A stretch of 64,000 bases of DNA from Vicinamibacterales bacterium. Lineage in GTDB: Bacteria; Acidobacteriota; Vicinamibacteria; Vicinamibacterales; Fen-181. Under the pieces are notes generated by a model that was not told the origin of the DNA, did not search any database, and was given only the letters and a program-made list of their open reading frames with translations. The stretch covers positions 118,675-182,674 of the forward strand of contig JBHGBL010000006.1 of the NCBI GenBank assembly GCA_041947015.1, written 5' to 3'. Shown in pieces: positions 46,917-54,411 of the stretch; position 1 is the first letter of the stretch; each line of letters begins with the position of its first letter. The translations under genes and the position numbers were made by a program.

Positions 46917-49900
46917 GTGTTCAAAACAGCGAGGAAGCCGCTCGTCACGACGCTCGTCGCATTCGCGCTCCTGGGCCTGGCGGTCGCCGCCCAGAATCAG
47001 AGCGCCCCTACAGCGGCCGACTTCGACCAGTTCAGCTGGCGTTGGGTCGGCCCGATGACGTTCTCCGGACGAATCACCGGCTTCGCCGTGCCGCGGGGAC
47101 AGAGCCAGACATATTACGTGCTCACTGCCAGCGGCGGCTTGTGGAAGACGGTTGACGGCGGGATTTCCTACGAACCCATCTTCGACCAGTACGGGACCCT
47201 CAGCATGGGCTGGATGGCGATCGCGCCGTCGAACCAGAACATCTTGTACCTCGGCACCGGCGAGCCGATGCACGCGAGGTCGAGCACTCACGGCAACGGC
47301 ATGTGGAAGTCGACAGATGCCGGGAAGACGTGGACGCACATCGGCCTCGAGAAGAGCTACTTCATCCCCAAGGTCGAGGTGGACAACAAGAACCCTGACA
47401 TCGTCTACGTCGCTGCCGAAGGGAAGCTCTACGACAACGAGATGGACTGCGAGCGCGGCCTCTTCAAGACGACCGACGGCGGGAAGACGTGGACGAACGT
47501 CTTCGCCTCGGTGGCGAAGGATCGCGGCGTCGGCGACTTCGTCATCGACCCACGCAATTCGAACATCGTGATCGCCGCGGCCTACAAGACGTACCGGCGA
47601 GCATGGACCTACATGGACCGGCATCTCGGCAACGACCTCTACAAGACGACCAATGGCGGCAAGACGTGGACGAAGCTGACTACCGGCCTTCCCCAGAACG
47701 TGCCAATCGGGCGCATAGGACTCACGATCTACGAGAAGAACCCGCAGATCGTGTACGCGCGCTTCGACGAGGGCGTCAGCCTCGGCTTTCCGGAGCGCGA
47801 AGGCGTGGCGAACTTCCGCGCCGGCGCCGGCGGCGGGCGAGCGGGTGGCGGCGGCGTCGCGCTCGGCACCGCTCTCTTCCCGACCGGGTTCAACTTCGAC
47901 AAGTTCAAGGCCTACAAGATCAACCCGGAGATGGCCGCGCTCGCGCCCAAGTTCACGCCGGTCACCGCCGCGAACGAAGCGGAGCTCGTGAAGAAGCTGA
48001 ACGAGATGATCCAAGATAAGGACTTCCTGGCGAAGACGGGCGCCGACGTGGCGAAGCTCGCCGCTGCGGCCCGACGCATCCACGCTGCCAACGAAGCCCT
48101 TGTCACCGTCATTGGCGAGGTCGAGAAGCTGGCGAAGAAGCCGGCCGCGGCGGCCGATTCGGCCGAGGCGAAGGCCCGCTCGCAGATCGTCAACCGGGCG
48201 GTCATCGAGATGCTCTACGCGGGCGCGCTCGCCAACCTCACGCCGGTAGTCAGAAGCGGCGTCGTCTACCGCAGCGACGACCAGGGGAAGACGTGGAAGC
48301 GGATGACGGTTTACGAGATGCCTGGCGCCCCGACGCCGCCGACAACGGCAGCCGCCGAGGCCTCCGGGGTGGAAGAGGAACTCGATCCGGCTGCGGCGGC
48401 GCGCGAGAGCGAGAGCGCGCAGGAGCCGGTCCCGGGCGGCCGCGGGCAGGCGGAGCAGCGCGGCAGTGCCCAGGTCAACCAGACTGAGGGTGGCTACTAC
48501 GGCCGGATAATCGTCGATCCGAACGACGACAAGGTCGTCTACTGCGGCGACACGAACACCACCGTGTCGCGCGACTCCGGCAAGACATTCCGCGTGACGG
48601 GCTGGGACGGCAACGGCAAGACGCACGTCGACCACCGTGTCGTGTGGGTGGACCCGCTCAACTCGAAGCACATCCTGAGCGGCAACGACGGCGCCGTTTC
48701 CGAGACATGGGACGGCGGCCAGCACTGGAGCCAGAAGAACACGATAAGCGCGCAGCAGTTCTACGACGTGGCCGTGGACAACGAGCAGCCCTACAACATC
48801 ATGGGCGGCACCCAGGACAACGGCGCATGGATCGGCCCGTCCCAGAACCGCAATCGCTACGGCATGTTCGGGGCGGACTGGCGGTACCTGCCGACCGGCG
48901 ACGGCTTCTATGTCGTCCGCGACTGGTGGAACCCCGATTACATCTACTACGAGAGCCAGTTCGGGAACTCGAGCAGGATGAACCTCAGGACTGGCGAGAC
49001 CAGCCGCCTCGCAGTGCGGTTGACGCCCGAGGAAGTCGCCGCGGGCGAGCCGCCGCTCCGTTACCAGTGGAACGCGCCGATCGTATTGTCGCCCCACAAC
49101 CCGGGCATCGTCTTCATCGCGTCTCAGTACGTCTTCCGGTCGCTCAGCCGAGGCGAGCCCGGCACCTTCGTCAGAATCAGCCCCGACCTGTCGAAGGCGG
49201 ACCCTGTCAAGATAGCCGAGTCCGGCAAGACCAACCTGCAGTGGGCCACCGTCTATACGTTCTCGGAATCGCCCCGGAAGCCCGGCCTCTACTGGGCAGG
49301 CACAGATGACGGCAACGTGCAGATGTCGCCCGACGGCGGCAACACATGGGTGAACATCACGAACCAGTTCTATGACGCGGGAGGAAAGCCGAAGCCCGGC
49401 ATCAAGGGCGATCGGATCCCGTACGACAGGTGGGTGAAGCGGGTCCTCGCCTCCGCCCACGACGAGAAGACCGCCTACGTCGCCTTCAGCGGCTACCGCA
49501 CGCACAACGAGGACAAGACGTGGCTCTTCGTCACGAGAGACCTCGGCAAGACCTGGACCGACATTTCAGGGAGCATGAACAACCCGGTCTGGGACGTCGA
49601 GGAAGATCCTGACAACAAGGACGTGCTCTACCTGGGCACCGACTACGGCATCTTCGTGACGATCGACGGCGGGAAGAACTGGACCCCGTTCTCGACGTCC
49701 GCGCCCGACGTCATCGTCAGGGACATGGCAATCCAGAAGCGCGATCGCGAGATGGCGATCGGCACCTATGGGCGCGGCTTCTACGTGGCCGATATCGGGC
49801 CGATCAAGGAGTTCACGCCGAAGGTCTTCGAGGAGAACGCGCACCTCTTCGACGTGAAGGAGACGATCCGGTGGAACCGCTACGAGCAGCGCGGCGACAC

Positions 49901-50264
49901 GCTCGGAGAGATGGCCAAGGCGGAGAACCCGCAGGTCGGGGCCACCATCTATTACTACCTGAAAGCCGACGCGAAGTCGGTGAAGCTCACGATAAAGGAC
50001 CTCGAGGGGACGACGCTCATGGACATAGCGCCGAGCAGCAGGAAGGGGCTGCAGAAGGCGTTCTGGAACCTTACTAGGGCAGCCGCCGGCGGGACGGGCG
50101 GACGCGGTGGCGGCGCCGCCGAGCCTCAGGCAGGTTTCGCCGCAGGCCGTGGAGGCAGGGGCGGACAGGTCGACCCGGGCGTCTATAAGGTCACCCTGAC
50201 GGTCGACGACAAGGAGGTCGCCACCAAGAAGTTCACGGTGAGCCCTGACCCGATGTTCAAGTGA
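46917..50264 (+). CDS. Large secreted BNR/VPS10-type beta-propeller protein (glycosyl-hydrolase-like)
   Basis: GTG 46917 after GGAGG; WRWVGPM..SGRI, repeated K(S/T)TDGGKTW Asp boxes, GTQDNG, GTYGRG. Confidence 0.88.
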   Translation: MFKTARKPLVTTLVAFALLGLAVAAQNQSAPTAADFDQFSWRWVGPMTFSGRITGFAVPRGQSQTYYVLTASGGLWKTVDGGISYEPIFDQYGTLSMGWMAIAPSNQNILYLGTGEPMHARSSTHGNGMWKSTDAGKTWTHIGLEKSYFIPKVEVDNKNPDIVYVAAEGKLYDNEMDCERGLFKTTDGGKTWTNVFASVAKDRGVGDFVIDPRNSNIVIAAAYKTYRRAWTYMDRHLGNDLYKTTNGGKTWTKLTTGLPQNVPIGRIGLTIYEKNPQIVYARFDEGVSLGFPEREGVANFRAGAGGGRAGGGGVALGTALFPTGFNFDKFKAYKINPEMAALAPKFTPVTAANEAELVKKLNEMIQDKDFLAKTGADVAKLAAAARRIHAANEALVTVIGEVEKLAKKPAAAADSAEAKARSQIVNRAVIEMLYAGALANLTPVVRSGVVYRSDDQGKTWKRMTVYEMPGAPTPPTTAAAEASGVEEELDPAAAARESESAQEPVPGGRGQAEQRGSAQVNQTEGGYYGRIIVDPNDDKVVYCGDTNTTVSRDSGKTFRVTGWDGNGKTHVDHRVVWVDPLNSKHILSGNDGAVSETWDGGQHWSQKNTISAQQFYDVAVDNEQPYNIMGGTQDNGAWIGPSQNRNRYGMFGADWRYLPTGDGFYVVRDWWNPDYIYYESQFGNSSRMNLRTGETSRLAVRLTPEEVAAGEPPLRYQWNAPIVLSPHNPGIVFIASQYVFRSLSRGEPGTFVRISPDLSKADPVKIAESGKTNLQWATVYTFSESPRKPGLYWAGTDDGNVQMSPDGGNTWVNITNQFYDAGGKPKPGIKGDRIPYDRWVKRVLASAHDEKTAYVAFSGYRTHNEDKTWLFVTRDLGKTWTDISGSMNNPVWDVEEDPDNKDVLYLGTDYGIFVTIDGGKNWTPFSTSAPDVIVRDMAIQKRDREMAIGTYGRGFYVADIGPIKEFTPKVFEENAHLFDVKETIRWNRYEQRGDTLGEMAKAENPQVGATIYYYLKADAKSVKLTIKDLEGTTLMDIAPSSRKGLQKAFWNLTRAAAGGTGGRGGGAAEPQAGFAAGRGGRGGQVDPGVYKVTLTVDDKEVATKKFTVSPDPMFK

Positions 50265-50281
50265 AGACCGAACTTGGACGC

Positions 50282-50372
50282 GATCAGCTATCAGCGGTCA
50301 GCCGACAGCGGTCAGCTATCAGCCAGGGCGAAATCCGCTGACTGGCTGATGGCTGAAAGCTGACCGCTGAGT
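50282..50372. repeat. Second heptamer-built palindrome: (NNTCAGC)x6 - 13-nt loop - (GCTGANN)x5
   Basis: Forward units 50282-50323, reverse units 50337-50372 (one 8-nt unit). Confidence 0.9.
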
Positions 50373-50404
50373 TCTCGTTGCTCAGTCCTGTCAGCGATGG
50401 CACC

Positions 50405-51397
50405 ATGCCTGACGCAATCGTCCTGCGGCGCCTCACGAAGACGTTCGGCCAGACGGTCGCGGTGAGCGATCTCGATCTCGTGGTGCCGCAGGGCGCCTTG
50501 TACGGCGTCATAGGACCGAACGGCGCCGGCAAGACAACCGCGATCAGGATGATTCTCTCGATCATCCTCCCGGACAGCGGCGATCTCGCTGTACTCGGCC
50601 ACCGATCGGCTTTGGAAGCAAAAGATCGAATCGGGTACCTGCCGGAAGAGCGCGGCCTCTACAAGAAGATGCGGGTCGCGCAGTTCCTGACCTACCTGGC
50701 GCAGCTCAAGAACGCGGACGGCGAGGATCTGCCGCGGAGGATCGAGCACTGGCTGGAACGGGTCGGTCTGGCCGGCGCGGGCAAGAAGCGTTGCGACGAG
50801 CTTTCGAAGGGGATGCAGCAGAAGGTCCAGTTCGTCTCGGCAGTCCTCCATCGGCCCGATCTGCTGATCCTGGACGAGCCGTTCTCGGGTTTGGACCCGG
50901 TGAGCCAGCGTCAGCTGCGCGACCTGGTACGAGAAGAGCACCGGCGGGGGGCGACGGTGCTCTTCTCGACCCACGTCATGACGCACGCCGAGCAGCTCTG
51001 TGACCACGTCGTCATGATTCACCGGGGTAAGAAGGTGCTGGATGACGGGATCCAGTCCATAAGGGCGCGGTACTCGCCGCGTTCGCTGTTGTTCGAGCCG
51101 CTGAACCCGGACGCCGACCTGCAACCGCTCGGCGGTCTGCGCGGCGTGGCACGGGCGCGGCAGGAAGGGTCGGCTTGGGAGCTTTGTCTCGCCGAGGGCG
51201 CGGACCCGGCGCGCGTCATCCGTGACGTCGCGATGACCGTGCCGCCGGCGCGCATCGAGCTCCGGCGCCCGACGCTCGAGGACGTCTTCGTCGACATCGT
51301 CACCGGAGGCGATGAAGCCGGCGTCGAGGACAGCATGCTTCGCGAGGCTGTCCGTGACGATGCGGACGGCACGGGGGGGAGGGAGGCGCGGCTGTGA
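50405..51397 (+). CDS. ABC-2 type transporter ATP-binding protein (NatA/YhaQ-like)
   Basis: GPNGAGKTT, LSKGMQQK, LILDEPFSGLDP, FSTH. Confidence 0.93.
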   Translation: MPDAIVLRRLTKTFGQTVAVSDLDLVVPQGALYGVIGPNGAGKTTAIRMILSIILPDSGDLAVLGHRSALEAKDRIGYLPEERGLYKKMRVAQFLTYLAQLKNADGEDLPRRIEHWLERVGLAGAGKKRCDELSKGMQQKVQFVSAVLHRPDLLILDEPFSGLDPVSQRQLRDLVREEHRRGATVLFSTHVMTHAEQLCDHVVMIHRGKKVLDDGIQSIRARYSPRSLLFEPLNPDADLQPLGGLRGVARARQEGSAWELCLAEGADPARVIRDVAMTVPPARIELRRPTLEDVFVDIVTGGDEAGVEDSMLREAVRDDADGTGGREARL

Positions 51398-52800
51398 AGA
51401 AGCTGCTGCTCGTGGCCCGGCGCGAGTTCCTGGCGACAGCCGCCACGAAGGCCTTCATCTTCGCGGTGCTGATTACCCCGGCCATCATCCTGCTGCTGAT
51501 CGTGATGGTGCCGCGGATGATCGCACAGGGCCCGCCGGACGTTCGGGGTGAAGTGGCCGTGCTGGACCCGACGGGTCAGGTGGCGAGCGGGGTCCGCGAT
51601 TTCCTGCGCCCGGATCGGATTGCTGCGCGCAGGCAGGAAGTGATCGAGAGGATGAACCGGTCGCTGCCGGCCGCGCTGAGGTCCGTTGCGCCGAAAGGCC
51701 GGGGAGCGGTCCCGGGCGACCAGATGGACAGGGCCATGACCCAGGCCCTCGGCGCGGTTCCGAGACTCGACGTGGTGTCGCTCGAGCCTGGGCGAGACGT
51801 CGAGTCCGAGAAGCGACGGCTGGCGGCTCCACGGGGCGGGCAGCCGGGCAGGCCCGACCTGCTCGCCCTCGTCGTGATCCACCGTGATGCCGTGGCTCGC
51901 GAGGGAAGCTCGGGCGAGCTCGGCGCCTACGATCTTTTCGTGCGGGGGAAGCTCGACGACCGCATCACGGACGAGGTCGAGGACGCCGTCAGAACGTCCA
52001 TCGTGGATGCCCGCCTGCGCGTGTCGGGACTCGACCCCGAGGCAATGGAGGCCCTGACAACCGTCGAACGCGTGACGCCGACGGCCGTGACCGCCCAGGG
52101 GGAGGGCATGAGCAACGAGGCGCTCAACACCTTCATACCTGCCGGGTTCATGGCGCTTCTGCTCGTCTCGGTGATGATGAGCGGTCAGTACCTTCTGACG
52201 ACAACCGTGGAGGAAAAATCGAGCCGCGTGGTCGAAGTGTTGCTGTCGGCCGTCTCGCCGATGGAACTGATGGCCGGCAAGATCGCGGGGCAGCTCGCCG
52301 TCGGCCTGGTTGTCCTGGCGCTCTACCTCGGGCTGGGTATCCTGGCTCTCATCTCGTTCGCCTCGCTCGGGCTCCTCGACCCGATGCTCATCGTCTTCAT
52401 GCTCGCGTTCTTCCTGCTGGCGTACGTTTCGGTGGGTGCCTTCATGGCGGCGATCGGGGCGGCCGTGAACGAGATGCGGGAGGCCCAGGGGATGATGACG
52501 CCGGTAATGGTGGCCATCATGATCCCGTGGATCCTGTGGATGCCGCTCAGCCGGGACCCGAACTCGGCGATGGCGGTCGCGCTCAGCTTCCTGCCGCCGA
52601 TAAGCAACTTCGTGATGATGCTGAGGCTGGCCTCTGCAGCACCGCCGCCGATCTGGCAGCCGCTCCTTGCAATCGTGGTGGGCGCGGCGGGCGCGTGGGC
52701 GTCGCTCTGGTTCGCGGCGAAGGTGTTCCGGATCGGGCTCTTGATGTACGGCAAGCCACCGAACTTCGCGACGCTGATACGGTGGGTCCGGTTGGCATGA
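51394..52800 (+). CDS. ABC-2 type transporter permease (NatB/YhaP-like)
   Basis: VARREF, EEKSSRVVEVLLS.VSP.ELM.GKI, C-terminal YGKPP. Confidence 0.92.
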   Translation: MKKLLLVARREFLATAATKAFIFAVLITPAIILLLIVMVPRMIAQGPPDVRGEVAVLDPTGQVASGVRDFLRPDRIAARRQEVIERMNRSLPAALRSVAPKGRGAVPGDQMDRAMTQALGAVPRLDVVSLEPGRDVESEKRRLAAPRGGQPGRPDLLALVVIHRDAVAREGSSGELGAYDLFVRGKLDDRITDEVEDAVRTSIVDARLRVSGLDPEAMEALTTVERVTPTAVTAQGEGMSNEALNTFIPAGFMALLLVSVMMSGQYLLTTTVEEKSSRVVEVLLSAVSPMELMAGKIAGQLAVGLVVLALYLGLGILALISFASLGLLDPMLIVFMLAFFLLAYVSVGAFMAAIGAAVNEMREAQGMMTPVMVAIMIPWILWMPLSRDPNSAMAVALSFLPPISNFVMMLRLASAAPPPIWQPLLAIVVGAAGAWASLWFAAKVFRIGLLMYGKPPNFATLIRWVRLA

Positions 52801-52813
52801 GCAGCATCTGCTC

Positions 52814-53239
52814 CTACTGGCTCAGCAGATAGACCGCCGCGACGGCCAGCAACAGCCCGGCGACCCTGGTGCCTGTCAGCGCCTGCCCGCCGAAAGTAAT
52901 GCTCCAGATCGCCGCAACCGTCACGACCGAAACGTTGAGGATCATTATTCGCATGCCGACCACGGCAGGCGGGGCCTCGAGGAGCCTCGGCAGGAGCACC
53001 ATGCCAACCCCGTTGATGCATGCGGCGAAGAAGCCGACGACGAGCGCGACCGGAAGGCTCCGGTCTGCGAGGAGGAACGGCTCCGGCCGGAAGAGGAAGT
53101 ACCATGGGGCGGTGACGGCAAAGGTGCCGGCGAGGAGCATCATGGCCACGCCGCCAGACCTCAGGCCGCTGAGGCTCATGATGAGTGACCAGAGACCGAA
53201 TGCCGCACCAGCGCCCATGGCTGTAAACGTCGCGTTCAT
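52814..53239 (-). CDS. Small multi-pass membrane protein (EamA/DMT-like half)
   Basis: 4-5 hydrophobic segments; TGCTAGAAT 6 nt upstream of ATG. Confidence 0.65.
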   Translation of the reverse strand: MNATFTAMGAGAAFGLWSLIMSLSGLRSGGVAMMLLAGTFAVTAPWYFLFRPEPFLLADRSLPVALVVGFFAACINGVGMVLLPRLLEAPPAVVGMRIMILNVSVVTVAAIWSITFGGQALTGTRVAGLLLAVAAVYLLSQ

Positions 53240-53252
53240 GGGGCGATTCTAG

Positions 53253-53301
53253 CAGGACCGAGGTGCGAGGACCGAGGACTGAGGTACGAGGACTGAGATT
53301 G
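53253..53301. repeat. Heptamer tandem tract (GAGGACY-like x7) abutting the queE start
   Basis: CAGGACC GAGGTGC GAGGACC GAGGACT GAGGTAC GAGGACT GAGATTG. Confidence 0.85.
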
Positions 53302-54141
53302 GCTTACTTCGTGAAAGAGATCTTCTACAGCCTGCAGGGTGAAGGCGCCAACGTTGGGCGGCCGGCCGTCTTCTGCCGCTTCTCCGGCTGCAACCTCTGG
53401 TCCGGGCGCGAACAGGATCGGGCAACGGCCGTCTGCCGGTTCTGCGACACCGACTTCTTCGGGATCGACGGAACCGGTGGAGGCCGCTTCGATTCCGCGG
53501 CAGACCTTGCGGATGCGGTATCCGTCTGTGGCGGAGACCTGACGGCGACAAGAGATCAGCGTTCGACCATCAGTTCCTGGCCACCAGCTCTTGTCGGACA
53601 GCGGGCAGCCGAGATTACGGCCGGTCGTACTGAACGCACTCGATGGAGTTGCAGGGTGGCACCTGGCGGCGCGGCGAATGGCGGCGCACGAGAGGAACAG
53701 AGCAGCCCCTGTGCGACATGCGATCTGCAACCTGCGGACGACAAGGGGCGCCCGCCATCGCCCCTCCTAGTTTGCACCGGCGGAGAGCCGCTCCTCCAGC
53801 TCGATGACGCGCTGGTCGAAGCGTTCCACGATCGAGGCTTCGAGGTTGCCGTGGAAACCAACGGCACCCTCCTCGCTCCCGCCGGCGTGGACTGGATCAC
53901 CGTCAGCCCGAAGGCCGGTGCTCCGCTCGTGTTGAAACACGGGAGCGAGATCAAGATCGTCTACCCGCAGGCGGGGATCGATCCCTCGGAGTTCGAGGCG
54001 CTCGACTTCGGGCACTTCTACCTGCAGCCGATGGACGGCCCCGACGTCGATCGCAACCGGAGGCTCGCCCTCGAGTACTGCCTCGCGCATCCTCTCTGGC
54101 GATTGAGCCTGCAGGTCCAGAAGTACCTGGGGATCCGCTGA
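53299..54141 (+). CDS. queE: 7-carboxy-7-deazaguanine synthase with a ~70-codon in-frame insertion
   Basis: Probable TTG start 53299 (xAYFVKEIFYSLQGEG); CX14CX2C (CNLWSGREQDRATAVCRFC), CTGGEP, ETNGT, VSPK, WRLSLQ. Confidence 0.92.
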   Translation: MAYFVKEIFYSLQGEGANVGRPAVFCRFSGCNLWSGREQDRATAVCRFCDTDFFGIDGTGGGRFDSAADLADAVSVCGGDLTATRDQRSTISSWPPALVGQRAAEITAGRTERTRWSCRVAPGGAANGGAREEQSSPCATCDLQPADDKGRPPSPLLVCTGGEPLLQLDDALVEAFHDRGFEVAVETNGTLLAPAGVDWITVSPKAGAPLVLKHGSEIKIVYPQAGIDPSEFEALDFGHFYLQPMDGPDVDRNRRLALEYCLAHPLWRLSLQVQKYLGIR

Positions 54142-54283
54142 AAACCCGTTGCCGGCGCTTCGCCTGCGTCGGGCGCCGCACATGCCGAAGCCTCGGGAAT
54201 TCCTTTCGTTCTTCATTCTGCGCGGCCCCCGCTGGCCCGCGACGACAGCTTTGGAAACGTTGCGCACGGTCCTCAGAAACTGA

Positions 54284-54364
54284 TTGACCTCCTTCCATCG
54301 GGTGAATAGACTCCCGTTTACCTATCTCACCTTACAGACCGGGAAACCATGAGAACCTGCATGG
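54284..54364 (+). promoter_or_regulatory. Promoter TTGACC-17-TAGACT plus leader palindrome CCATG-N8-CATGG
   Basis: -35 54284-54289, -10 54307-54312, IR 54347-54364; same layout at 62193-62273. Confidence 0.75.
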
Positions 54365-54411
54365 GACCCGTTCCGGCGACCGGCGTGGCAGCCAACAGAG
54401 GAGGACCTGTT

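Noticed and set aside
40992-50372. Heptamer arrays as CRISPR
   Set aside because: 7-nt units, no 23-47-nt repeats with unique spacers, no cas genes
53240-53300. preQ1 riboswitch ahead of queE
   Set aside because: No preQ1 stem-loop or A-rich tail; the region is a heptamer tract
53527-53775. Intein in QueE (insert begins near a Cys and a Cys follows)
   Set aside because: Too short, no terminal His-Asn, no intein block motifs
54195-54240. GGGAA...CGGCCCCCGC upstream of a TonB receptor resembling a cobalamin riboswitch
   Set aside because: Lacks the GGTG/AATCC and ACTGT elements and lies upstream of the predicted promoter
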